Shown here one piece after another: positions 52,195 through 64,000 of a stretch of DNA of 64,000 nt; the first letter of the stretch is position 1, and the number at the start of each line of letters is the position of its first letter. A model generated the notes under the pieces. The model was not told where the DNA came from. It saw only the letters and a program-made list of their open reading frames with translations, and made no database searches. The translations under genes and the position numbers were made by a program. This stretch comes from Heptranchias perlo (taxonomy: Eukaryota): contig NC_090340.1 in the NCBI RefSeq assembly GCF_035084215.1, positions 5,580,001 to 5,644,000 on the forward strand. Reading direction: 5' to 3'.

Positions 52195-52233
52195 TTTGCC
52201 TGAGGAAGGAGAAAATCTCCGAAAGCTTGTGAA
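52195..52233 (+). ncRNA. Minimal type I hammerhead ribozyme in 5' pseudo-LTR
   Basis: TTTGC-CTGAGGA-A-GGAG(AAAAT)CTCC-GAAA-GC-TT-GTGAA: CUGANGA and GAAA cores, 4-bp stem II, palindromic AGCT stem III, stem I with G-U pairs. Confidence 0.75.
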
Positions 52234-52320
52234 TTTAAAATAAAATTGCTGGACTATAACTTGGTGTTGTAAAATTGTTTACAATTGTCAACCCCAGTCC
52301 ATCACCGGCATCTCCACATC

Positions 52321-55028
52321 ATGACTACCATCGACACCACAAACTGCCGGCTCACAGTGGAAAGGATATCCAAGAAGATCGCGCATTTAGACACAGACAT
52401 CAAGTTTTTACAGAGCTGCAAGAAAGCAGACAAGATCCCGAAAGGACTCCAGATCACGAACCCACTCAAGTCCACATACAACTCGGATTACGCTGAGAGA
52501 CTCTGCCGCCGTACCTCTCGCACACTCCGCAACCATCTCATACACCAACTCTACAGCAGACGCCACAACCTCGAAACCAAGATAGAGTCCATACTCTCAA
52601 CCTGTACTCAGGACACAGCAGACCAGCTACGTTATACCGCCAAACAGACGAGGCAACGGAACTACGCTGCCTACATGAAAACCAAGAGCAGGAAGCTTGA
52701 GAAACTCGGCATCACCACCAGCAACGACCAAGCTTCCCCTGGTACCACGGTTGCAACCACAGGGAAGTCTATTGTCAATTTATCCGACCACACCCTTCAA
52801 CCAGACAAAATCAAAGTTCTCAGCCGAGGGCTCAATTTCTGCCCCACTACCAAAATGGACCCCACTAGTCTCGCGGCGGACACAGAGGAATTCATCAGGA
52901 GAATGAGGCTCCGGGAATTCTACCACAAACCCCAAGATTTCAGCAGCGAACCCAATGAGACAATCGACGATCCGGAACAGCAGACAGAGGGATCCGCGGT
53001 ACAGCAACCGAAGAGGAAAGAGTCAAACTGGACTCCTCCGGAGGGTCGCTGCCCTCAGCTGGACATGTATGCTCAAGCTGTCAGGAAATGCGTCAATGCC
53101 AGATTCATCAGCCGCACTCAGAAGACAGTCCAGAATGTCACCCGAGCACAACGCAACGCCATCAACGCTCTCAAGACCAACCGCAACATCGTCATCAAAC
53201 CAGCGGACAAAGGAGGAGCCATAGTCATACAGAACAGAACAGACTATTGCAAAGAAGCATACCGACAACTGGACAACCAGGAACACTACAGACGGTTACC
53301 CGCAGATCCGAACAAAGAACACACCCACCAGCTCAACAAACTGATCAAGACCTTCGATCCAGACCTTCAAAGCATCCTACGCATTCTCATCCCACGTAAT
53401 CCCCGCGTGGGAGACTTCTACTGCCTCCCAAAGATACACAAAGCCAACACACCCGGACGTCCCATCGTATCAGGCAACGGAACCCTGTGTGAGAACCTCT
53501 CTGGATACATCGAGGGCATCCTGAAACCCATCGTACAGGGAACCCCCAGCTTCTGTCGCGACACTACAGACTTCCTACAAAAACTCAGTACCCACGGACC
53601 AGTTGAACCAGGAACACTTCTCACCACGATGGACGTCTCGGCACTATACACCAGTATCCCCCACGATGACGGTATCGCTGCGACAGCATCAATACTCAAC
53701 ACCAACAACAGCCAATCTCCGGAAGCCATCCTACAACTCATCCGCTTCATCCTGGATCACAATGTCTTCACCTTCGATAACCAGTTCTTTACCCAAACAC
53801 ACGGAACAGCCATGGGGACCAAATTCGCACCCCAATACGCCAACATTTTCATGCACAAGTTCGAGCAGGACTTCTTCACTGCACAAGACCTCCAACCAAC
53901 ACTATACACCAGATACATCGACGACATTTTCTTTCTATGGACCCACGGCAAGGAATCACTAAAGAGACTACACGATAACATCAACAAGTTCCATCCCACC
54001 ATCAAGCTCACCATGGACTACTCCTCAGAATCAGTTTCTTTCTTGGACACACGAATCTCCATCAAAGACGGGCACCTCAGCACCTCACTCTACCGCAAGC
54101 CCACGGACAACCTCACGATGCTCCACTTTTCCAGCTTCCACCCTAACCACGTCAAAGAGGCCATCCCCTATGGACTGGCCCTGCGAATACACAGGGTCTG
54201 CTCAGACAAGGAGGAACGCGATGGACACCTACAGACGCTGAAAGACGCCCTAGTAAGAACGGGATATGACGCTCGACTCATCGATCGACAGTTCCGACGG
54301 GCCACAGCAAAAAATCGCATAGACCTCCTCAGGAGACTAACACGGGACGCAACCAACAGAGTACCCTTTGTCGTCCAGTACTTCCCCGGAGCGGAGAAAC
54401 TACGCCATGTTCTCCGCAGCCTTCAACATGTCATCAATGAGGACAAACACCTCGCTATGGCCATCCCCACACCACCACTACTCGCCTTTAAACAGCCACC
54501 CAACCTCAAACAGACCATCGTTCGCAGCAAACTACCTAGCTTTCAAGAGAACAGCGTCCACGACGCCACACAACCCTGCCACGGTAACCTCTGCAAGACA
54601 TGCCAGATCATCGACACAGATACCACCATCACACGAGATGACACCACCCACCAGGTGCATGGTTCATACTCCTGTGACTCGGCCAACGTTGTCTACCTCA
54701 TACGTTGCAGGAAAGGATGCCCCAGAGCATGGTACATTGGCGAGACCATGCAGACGCTGCGACAACGGATGAACGGACACCGCGCAACAATCGCCAAACA
54801 GGAGGGTTCCCTCCCAGTCGGGGAACACTTCAGCAGTCATGGACATTCATCCACCGACCTTCGGGTAAGCGTACTCCAAGGCGGCCTTCGAGACACACGA
54901 AACGCAAAATCGTCGAGCAGAAATTGATAGCCAAGTTCCGCACCCATGAGGACGGCCTCAACCGGGATCTTGGGTTCATGTCACGCTACACGTTACCCCA
55001 CCAGCGAACAAATGTTATCTGTTTTTAA
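52321..55028 (+). CDS. Penelope RT/GIY-YIG endonuclease polyprotein with one frameshift near the C-terminus (~54901)
   Basis: KPADKG, LPKIHK, GRPIVS, GTAMG, RYIDD; Cys linker PCHGNLCKTC; VVY...WYIGET...RMNGH; HFSSHGH. The main frame stops at 54927 and the conserved tail RKIVEQKLIAKFRTHEDGLN continues in the frame ending 55028. Confidence 0.92.
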
Positions 55029-55274
55029 TATAATGGGTCATTTGCTGGCTCTCTCTGCCTTCCGGATGTTTCTGCCTCTCTCTGTGTTTTTTTTCTCTGT
55101 TTTTTTTTCCTGTTTGTTTTTTTGTTGAATGTGTATTTGGGGGTTCTGCAGATGACACCTCTCTGTCTGAACACGGTGATTGCCTTGGCAACGGGCAGTT
55201 GCAGGGGCAGTCTGTAAACACCATGTATTGTTCAATATGTATAAATGCGTAGGCTTCAAGGAGATCCTGAAACA

Positions 55275-55313
55275 TTTGCCTGAGGAAGGAGAAAATCTCC
55301 GAAAGCTTGTGAA
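55275..55313 (+). ncRNA. Minimal type I hammerhead ribozyme in 3' pseudo-LTR
   Basis: Identical to 52195-52233. Confidence 0.75.
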
Positions 55314-57204
55314 TTTAAAATAAAATTGCTGGACTATAACTTGGTGTTGTAAAATTGTTTACAATTGTCAACCCCAGTCCATCACCGGCATCTCCACATC
55401 ATGTGTATACTATCCAGCGTTGCAACCTTACAGCCTTTGAGCAGGGAACTGTCCAAGTGTCATAGTAAATAAATCTCTGAAAGTTCATGACCAGTGCCAC
55501 GTGGCTATTGTTAAAGCAAATGAAGTAGTGGGATGTTTCGCCCCAATGATTAACTACAAAACAAAATATACTACACCGTGCCTGTATAAGACCCAGGTTA
55601 GGCCTCATTTAGAATGCAGTGACGAGTTTTAATCCCGTCAAATGGTGGGTCATTGAGAGACCCAGAAAAAGGTTCAGAGCATGGGCACTCGATTTATACT
55701 AGTAGGCCCCTAATTATGTTGATATGGTTAAAGAGATAGGTCTTCTTATGCAAGAGATATGAAGATTTCATTGATTTCTTTAAATAATGAAGGCATCAGA
55801 TTTGGTCCATTTGGATAGACTATTGGAGTTAGACAGGTTTCTAACGCCCAAGGGACATGTGTGTAATTTACTTCCTCATAGAAACATGTTAGATATCCGG
55901 TGGTATTTATTTTCGCAAGAGTCGACGACCTTTGAAACAAGTTGTGGGACGGGCGATGAAAGCAGATTCATGATGTGCATATGATGCTCTACGACAGTAG
56001 GTGACTAGCTTGGGGAAACTGCTGTTCTATTTGTGTCCTTCATGTTCGTATGTTCGACTTCTAATACAGTGGTGCCCCTATAACAAAGCCTAACAATTAC
56101 TCATGAACTGATACTGAGCAATATATTCCCACAATGCTTCGGGAGTTCTGCTCAAGCACGAGGACCAGCATTGATGCAGCTACTGGGAGAACAGAGTCCT
56201 TGATAATGGACATTTTTCCATGTGGAGTTCCCAATCTCCCGCCTTAATATTGGCGGAAATCCTGGAAGAATGTCGCAAATGCTCCAGAAAACCGCCGCAG
56301 AGATCACGGGCGTTTGTAAATACATCCGGTCGGACGGCAGTGACTCATAATGGCAGTAAACTCTATCATTACTCAACCAGCGGCATTTCCTCTGGGACAC
56401 CTAATTGCCATTCTACACATACTGCAAGTCAACGTGCAGTTACCCAGAAACAAATTGAAAATCCACAGTAGAGTGATCATTTGTAACTTTCTCTCCAAAT
56501 CAAGCAATTTGAAACTAGAGATTCGGGATCAATCGAACTCTTGCTGTGCTCATAGGGACTGCAACTTAGTCTAGCGGAAGTAAAAATTTGAGTTTTCCTG
56601 ACTTCAGGGCACCCCTCGGACAGAACTTGCCTCAAGTCTCTTTTGTGATTTTTTTTTTCTGCACACTTTTCTTCAACTTAGAAATATCCAGCTCTCTTGG
56701 AAAACAAAACTAACACTCTCAATTTATTTGGCGGTCGTTAAAAATCCGTTTCTGTGGCCCAAGAACCCAACTGAATAATTGACCCTCGAAGTTAAATGAC
56801 AACTGTGACCCATCTACATTCTGTCCAATGGTGGGAATTGTGTTATTTTTGTGCTCAACAAATTCAGTGGACGATAATTCTCATAAATCACCTTCAATTC
56901 TAGTCATCTGACGTCAGCATGAGATACTCTTAGGTGAGGTATGGCACAGATAGTCTGCTCCTTGCTCTGTTGCAACTTCCAAAAATCACCGTAACTATTC
57001 CAATTTAGCATTTTTAAAATTATTGTTATTGATCAAACGAACAGATCTCAGGATAGTCGGAGTAGCTGTATCCATTCGCTTCATTCTTATTACAAAGTGC
57101 ATCACTTCATATTGTTCAAAATGAATTTCATCTGCCGTGTGCATGTAAATTTCAGCAGTCTGTCTATGCCCTTCTGACGTCTGCCACTTACCCCCGCAAT
57201 ATGT

Positions 57205-58330
57205 AAGGGTACGGTCGCATAGTGGTTATGTTACTGGACAAGTAATCCAGAGGCCTGGACTAATAATCCAGATTCATGAGTTAAAATTCCGCCACAACAG
57301 CAGGCGAATTTAAATTCAATTAACTAAATAAAACCTGGAATAAAAAAAACTGGAATCAGTAATGGTGGCCAAGAAACTACCGGACTGTCCTAAAAACCCG
57401 TCTCGTTCAGGAATGTCCTTTAGGGAAGGAAACCTGCCGTTCTTACCCGGTCTGGCCTATATTTGACTCCAGACCCACAGCAATGCGGTTGATTCTTAAT
57501 CGCCCACTGAAATGGCCTAACAAGCCACTCAGTTGTACAATCTCGCTTAAAAAAAGGCATAATAAGAATAAAATGGGACGGACCACTAGGCACCGGACAC
57601 GACAAAGACAAACCAAGCCCAGTCGACCCTGCAAAGTCCTCCTCACTAACATATGGGGATTGTGCCAAAATTGGGAGAGCTGTCCACAGATAAGTCAATC
57701 AACAGCCTGACATAGCCATACTCACAGAATCATAACTTTCAGCCAACGTCCCAGATTCTTCCATCACTATCCCTGGGTATGTCCGATCCCACCGGCAGGA
57801 CAGACCAACCAGAGGGGGTGGTACTGTGATATACAGTGAGGAAGGAGTGGACCTGAGAGTCCTCAACAATGACTCTGGACCCCTTGAAACCTCATGGTAT
57901 CAGGTCAACCATGGGCAAGGAAACCTCCTGCGGATTACCAGCTACTCTCCTCCCTCAGATGATGACTCAGTTCTCCTCCATGTTGAGCATGACTTGGAGG
58001 ATACACTGAGGGTAGCAAGGGCACAGAATGTGGGGTGGGGAACTTTAATGTCCGTCATTAAGAGTGGCTCGATAGCAACACTACTAACAGAGCTGGCCAA
58101 GTCCTGAAGGACATATCTGTCAGACTGGGACTGTGGCAGGTGGTGAGTGAACCAACACGAGGGAAAAATTTACTGGACCTCGTTCTCACCAATATACATG
58201 TCGCAGATGCATCTGTCCATGACAGTATTGGTAGGAGTGACCACCGCACAGTCCTCGTGTTGTGTGGCACGACCACCGTGCTAAATGGGATAGATTCAGA
58301 ACAGATCTAGCAGCTCAAAATTGGACATCC
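57205..58330 (+). mobile_element. tRNA-derived SINE-like head followed by a LINE APE-endonuclease fragment
   Basis: catagtggttatgttactggac...gagttaaaattccgcc head; KVLLTNIWGL, ILTES, PGY...DRPTRGGG, LDLVLT, SDH motifs. Confidence 0.75.
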
Positions 58331-58720
58331 ATTATGTGGCAGTTCATCAAACACAGTTCGAAAGTCCATATACACAATATCAACCGCAATATCTTCATGA
58401 ATTCTCTTTGTTATTTCATCGAAGAACTCAACCAAGCTTGTCAGATAAGATGTGCCTTTAACAAATGCGCGTTGGTTGCCATTTATTGTCCGTCATTATT
58501 AAGCCGTGTTTTTTCTAATTGACAATTAATTTTGTCCGGTATTATGGTCTCAAGATGTTTCCCCACCAGCGACATGAGGCGGTCTGGCCAGTCGTTACCT
58601 GGTTTATCTCGCGCCCATTTTTGAACAGGTGTGTAAAATTTGCAATCCACCAGTCCTCTGTATGCACTCCTATATCTGAGGAAGTGTTCCACTTGCCCAC
58701 TTCATTCCCTACAACTGGAT
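58330..58720 (-). mobile_element. CR1 fragment
   Basis: EDWWIANFTHLFK, DKPGN, VGKHLE. Confidence 0.7.
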
Positions 58721-60009
58721 ACAGCACTGCTTCCTTCTTCGTTCGGCGGAAATCATAATGATCAAGACCGTTCTCCTCTACACTTTTCAGGGACTCCACC
58801 CTCTCCTTGCCATTTACTTTGTTTTTCAAGTGTATTTTAGAATAATGTCAGTCCCCATTATCACTACTCCATCATTGCTACATCTTTCTGAAATATGGTG
58901 AATGATTCACACGAGTGTCAGGCAAAGTTAATTCCCTGAAAATGCCCCAATTATTAAGGTGTTGAGCCCACTGGTAACCTACTCATATGAGGAGGGAATT
59001 GCGTGATGGCGATCCAAAGAGTACTTGTGATTTTGTAACTTTGTTCCCTCCCTGGAGCAGCATCACCTCCCGCACCCCCACCCCCATTCTAGAAGATTTT
59101 GAATGTGAACAATATACATTCCTGTGCGTGACGGGAATCTCGAAAAAGAATTGAATTGTTCACGCTGTCGTGTGGCAACCTCATCATTAATAGTAGCCTT
59201 TTGGTGCAAAAATGGTCATTACCTCGCTTCCGTTCATTACTTTGCTAAGTAACTAAATGCAGTTCCATGGGCATTTGTGTCAGAACTCAGAAACCCCAAT
59301 TTTTACCAAAAAAGGCAAACTGGCGAAGCAGTAACCGTTCAGCAGCCGCATCCAGAACATCCAAGTATTCTGCATTATATGGCTTAATGCCGCACTAATC
59401 AATTGCCTTTGAGTTTTTGACACCAGTTATTGCTCCCCTTTTATAAGGCCCGTTCAGCAAGAAGTCAGGGCATTGAGTATCATTAGGAATTCCGCTGACA
59501 CAAGCAAAGGAGTAAAGAATCCGCCACCGCTCTCAGTTAATGTGTGGAGCGGAAAGGAACTTAAAGATAGCTTTCGGTAACACCAATTTACAAATTATTA
59601 TTTTATTTGTTTACGTCTTCATTTCCATATATTTATCCAATTTCTATTTACAGTGCTTTACAGTCTCCATATGAGTAATGACTCATGCTGAAGTATTCTG
59701 TATTCTGATAAACCTCCATATGGACACCCCCTCTTCGTTTCGTGATAATTCTTAGTCCATGTTCCTTGTTACCTAAGGAAGCAACGTGTCATTAGCCTCC
59801 CTAACAGAAGCTTTCATAATTTTCAACAGCTCCCTTAATTGTTTTCAATCTTTTATGTTCCACTGGAGAAAAAGCTCATCTGAATCGTTGTTCATGGGTC
59901 CAATTTCATATTCGTCAGAACACACGAATGAATCTTCACTGAACCCTTTCAATGGCATCAAAACACTTTCCAATAATGGAATACCAGAACAGCACGCAAC
60001 GCTCCGAAC

Positions 60010-61950
60010 CATAGAGTCAAGGAATGAAACAGCACAGAAGGAGGCCATTCCGTCCATCGTGTCTGAGTCGGCTCCTTGAAAAAGGTATCAAATTAGACCT
60101 ATTCCCCTGCCCTTTCCCCATAGTCCTGCAAGTTTATCCCCTTCAAGTATGTGTCCAATTCCCTTCTGAAAGTTTCTATTGAACCAGCTTCCACTACAAT
60201 TTTTGGCATTGCATTCCAGATCATAACAACTATAAAGGTTTAGCATAACTTATTTGTTTTTGTGATCTTTGCCTCTATTCGTTAAGTAGATAAATCGTCC
60301 GGCCAGATGAACTGTATCTCAGCCTGCTACGAGAACCAAGGGAGAAAATTGTGGAGGCAGTTTCCATCATTTTCCAATCCTCCCTAGCTATAGGTGTGAT
60401 GCCGGAGAATTGGAGGACTGATAACATTGTAGTGTTGCTTAAAAAGGGAGAAAGAGATAGACCGAGTAATTATAGGCCAGTCAATTTAACCTCGGGTGTG
60501 GGCAAATTATTGGAATTGAATCTGAGGGACAGTATAATTTCTCATTTCGAAGGGCACGAGTAAATCAAGGACAGTTAGCATGGATTTGTTAAGGGAAGTT
60601 CGTGTCTGACTAACTTGATTCAAATTTTTGAGCAGGGTGCAAGGACGGTCGCTGAGGGTAACGTCTTTGAAGCTGTGTACATGGATTTTAGCAAGGCTTT
60701 TGGCAAGATCCCACATGGCAGACTGGTCAAAAAAGTAAAAACCCATTAGGCTGTTTCCAGTGGGGTACTTAAAGCCTCAGTAATACGTCCCTTACTTTTT
60801 GTGGAATATATTAATTATTTGGACTTGAATGTGGGGTGGTGGTGTGGGGGGGGGGGGGGGCGTTGATCAAGAAGTTTGAAGATGATACAAAAATTGGCCG
60901 TGTGGTTGATAGTGAGGAGGGAAAATGTAGATGGCAGGAAGATATCAATGGACTTAGGTGGACAGAATAGTGGCAAATGGAATTCAATCTGGAGAAGTGC
61001 GAGGTAATGCATTTGCAGAGGGCAAACAAGGCAAGGGAGTACACAATAAACGGGAGGATACTGAGAGGTGTAGAGGAACAAAGGAACCTTGGAGTGCGTG
61101 TCCACAGATCCATGCAGGTAGCAGGTGAGGTAGATAAGGTGGTTGAAAAGGCATCCGGGATACTCTCCTTTATTAGCCGAGGCATGGAATGTAAGAGCAA
61201 CGAGGTTATGCTAGAACTGTATAAAAGATTGGTCAGGCAACAGCATCAGTAATGCACACAGTTCTGGCCACCACATTATGTGAAAGATGTGATTGCACTG
61301 GAGAGGGTACAGAGGAGATTTACGAGGATGTTGCCAGGGCTGGAGAATTTTAGCTATGAGAAAGGATTGGATAGGCTGGGGTTGTTTTCCTTGGAGCAAA
61401 GGAGGCTGAAGGGAGATTTAATTGAGGTATATAAAATTATGACGGGACTAGATAGAGTTGACATGGAGGACCTAATTCCCTTAACAGAGGGGTCAGTGAC
61501 CAGGGGACGTAGAATTAAATTACTTGGTAGAAGGATTAGGCGGGAGCTGAGGAGATTTTTTTTCACCCAGAGGGAGGTGGGGGTCTGGAAATCACTGCCT
61601 GAAAGGGTGGTAGAATTAAAATCCCTCAATTCATTTAAAAAGTACATGGATGTGCAGTTGAAGTGCCGTAACCTACAGGGCTACGGACCAAGGTCTGGAA
61701 AGTGGGATTAAGCTGGATAGATCTATTTCGGCCGGCATAGACACGATGGGCTGAATGGCCTCCTTCTGTGCCGTAACTTTCTCCTATTCCATGACTTTAT
61801 TTTTAAAGCCAATAATCCCGTATTCTTTCCGGTAGCCTTCTCAACTTGTTCTACTACTTTCAAACATTTGTATACGCACACCCCAAGGTCTTCCTGTTCG
61901 CTCACCCCTTTAAAATAGTACAATGTACTTGATGTTGCACCTCCTCATTC
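60010..61950. mobile_element. Cluster of nested CR1 fragments (minus-strand host at 60010-60280 and 61795-61950; plus-strand pieces 60290-61790)
   Basis: NYRPVNLTS, MEFNLEKCEVMH, ALERVQRRFTRMLPG in the ORF track. Confidence 0.85.
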
Positions 61951-64000
61951 TTAAAATGTGACTCGAATGAAGCCCTGTGAAAATTCAACATCGCTTCATT
62001 TTTTTTAATGTTAAATTCTCGACTGAATAACGCCTAAAATTCCATCTGCCTTTTGATAGCCTTTTCTATCTGCACTTCTAACTTGTAAGTATTATGTGTG
62101 AGCATCGAACTGGATGCTCACTCAAATTTCCGATATGTGTTCCCGCTGCATGAAACTCTACCAAGAGACCACAAAGATAATTATTTACCGCAAATTGTTT
62201 TTGAAAGATATTCTGTTAAAATCATTCCACTCAACAACCCTGACCTTGCGGTTTGGTACTTACACACAAATTGCAAGAATACACACTCAATGGTTGTGTG
62301 ACGCCACTGACCTAACGTGAACCACAGGAACCATCTGCACATCAGCTTGTTGTGCAACACTTCCTGTTCAGCCGAGCATAAAAGCAAATTCTAGAGCTGA
62401 CCTCAGGTCAACAAGTCCATCTTTTTCTATTAGGAGCTCCATACTTTTGTTAGCTGATAGATGATAGAACTTGTCAAGCCAAGCGCTGTAAATGTTCAGA
62501 TTTCCACATTTTGTAAAATGTATCGGTAAACTTCAGAATCGCTGAAGCCAATAACAAATTTAACCGCATCTTCTCTCAGATGGAGCATGTTAATTCAATA
62601 CTAATCACAGCTCAGCTATTAGTGCCTGTTCGCTGACTAATGTGCAGCAACAGAATGGAGCAATCGTCGATTCAATACTTCACATGCTTTCTGTGACCCT
62701 CATAATGTCAGGGCTGATGATGGTTTACTGACGAAAATGAAATATTCACTGTTTATTTCTTAGAGGCCCCTGGAGAAGTTTCGCCAACGTTACAGGTGAG
62801 TTGGGCAGAAATTAGAGAAAAATTAAATGAAACAAAGATCGTCTGTTCGGATACATTAATTAACCATAAGGACCATTATTTCTAACAAATAGCAATAGTG
62901 CTTTAATTTACGTCTAAGCTCATTAACCCGATGCATAAGGCAGGTATTCTTTTGATTTGAATTTGTGATTTAAGTCAGTTGTTAAATTAGCTTTTGGATC
63001 TTTCTACTTCCAGATAAATTAAGAATGTTTTCATTTTACCTTCTTGGTGATACGGCCGACGTTGGTATGCATCATTCACATGAAATTGTAAGCATGAATT
63101 TTCAATGAAATGGTGTCCAAATTTTTGTATTGACCTTGGGAACCTACTAAAATAATAAGGGATAGAATTTCCGCGTGGCTTCCGCCGATATCCCTCTGAA
63201 GTCACGGTGGGAAATGGAGGGACGGAAAATGCGCTCCCATTTTCATGTTGGGATGACGGACTACGGGAGTAATTTCAATATCTGGCAATCATGTACACTT
63301 TTCTTAAATGCGGAGCACGGAGCTTTAGACAAACGGGCAGAAGTGACTCAACTGAGAAACATCGACAACTCAATTTTACTCTAATAGTTTATTTACTGTC
63401 CAGCAGACCCTACCAACATTTTACACCCAGACTAACGTCTTAGCTGACTGACTCTCCAGGTCCACGGCATCTCACGCTGATACTGCTTGTCTTCCTTGAA
63501 CTCTCGAGTCAATTCGGAACCTGACTGACGAGTTATACTGCCACTTTATAACTGAATCTGATGTAACTATCGCCGTAGAATTCATAACAAAACAACTAAT
63601 ATCCATAGTTCATAAAATACCCTTAAAATACCCTTAAATATATAAAAATAACCCGAAGATAAATTTGAAATTCTCCACAGTTATTCCAACTGCTATCTAA
63701 TGACCTCCTCTTCAATATGGATTCCTGCTATGAAGACATGGAACGGTAGCTCTATCCCTCAACCCATGGAACGTCCTCGCCTCCAAAATGAGCTTGTTAC
63801 ACGAATCAGACGGATAGATCAGACCTTTAGTACTGAGGAGACCCTCTTCAGGTCAACAATTGACCCATTAATCAGATGCTGTCGAATAAATTAGTTCTGG
63901 ACACGCAAGATTCATTCTTCGTGGCGGGTAAAGAGGTGATGATTTATGAGCTTGTGAGCTCATGTAGAATTTTAATAAGCTCCACCTTGTTTTGTTATTA

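Larger units (their letters stand above)
52034..55403 (+). mobile_element. Penelope-like retroelement (Neptune-type), near intact, with ~290 bp direct pseudo-LTRs
   Basis: Direct repeats 52034-52323 and 55114-55403 (2 mismatches seen) flank an RT + GIY-YIG ORF. The empty site is visible in duplicate copy A at ~12655. Confidence 0.95.
38200..64000 (+). repeat. Segmental duplication unit, copy B (upstream region of the next paralogue)
   Basis: e.g. ...ttatgaacttgcgagctcatgtataattttaataaactcc (23455) vs ...ttatgagcttgtgagctcatgtagaattttaataagctcc (63945); gttgtggcttgaatttccac (1370) vs gttgtggcttgaatttccag (39229). Confidence 0.88.

Noticed and set aside
52034-55403. True LTR retrotransposon
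   Set aside because: No TG...CA ends, gag or integrase; RT plus GIY-YIG identifies a Penelope-like element.
1-64000. Prokaryotic systems (CRISPR arrays, operons, rRNA/tRNA genes)
   Set aside because: Vertebrate intron/TE-rich DNA; no repeat-spacer array seen, and the tRNA-like stretches are SINE heads.

Overview
Vertebrate nuclear DNA, very probably a cartilaginous fish (inferred from the CR1/L2 LINEs, DeuSINE-like and tRNA-derived SINEs, and a Neptune-type Penelope element). Most of the window is retroelement debris. One host gene can be assembled by hand; the ORF track shows it only in fragments. It is a 7-exon + strand gene (about 23745-36731, 344-347 aa) for a non-rearranging Ig-superfamily receptor: leader, germline-joined V-J domain (FGKGTRVQV), C1-set domain, TM segment with a Glu-Cys pair, a 17-nt micro-exon, and two duplicated cytoplasmic exons with four Tyr motifs (LTYAAL, TVYAKT/V, LTYAAL, LTYAVV). 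This makes it a SIRP-alpha-like inhibitory receptor with a V-C1 ectodomain like one antigen-receptor chain. Non-repeat DNA upstream of the gene (about 370-23520) recurs, diverged and colinear, at about 38200-64000. The window therefore covers about 1.6 units of a ~40 kb tandem gene array, and the next paralogue should start ~225 bp past the window end. Other elements: a young near-intact Penelope-like element (52034-55403) with hammerhead ribozymes in both pseudo-LTRs; a TSD-flanked chimeric insertion of local DNA plus a Penelope hammerhead end (48043-48332); a long CR1 nested in another CR1 inside intron 5; and a retrovirus-like RNase H-integrase relic (17460-18900). Coordinates of degraded repeats are approximate and all homology calls were made by eye.
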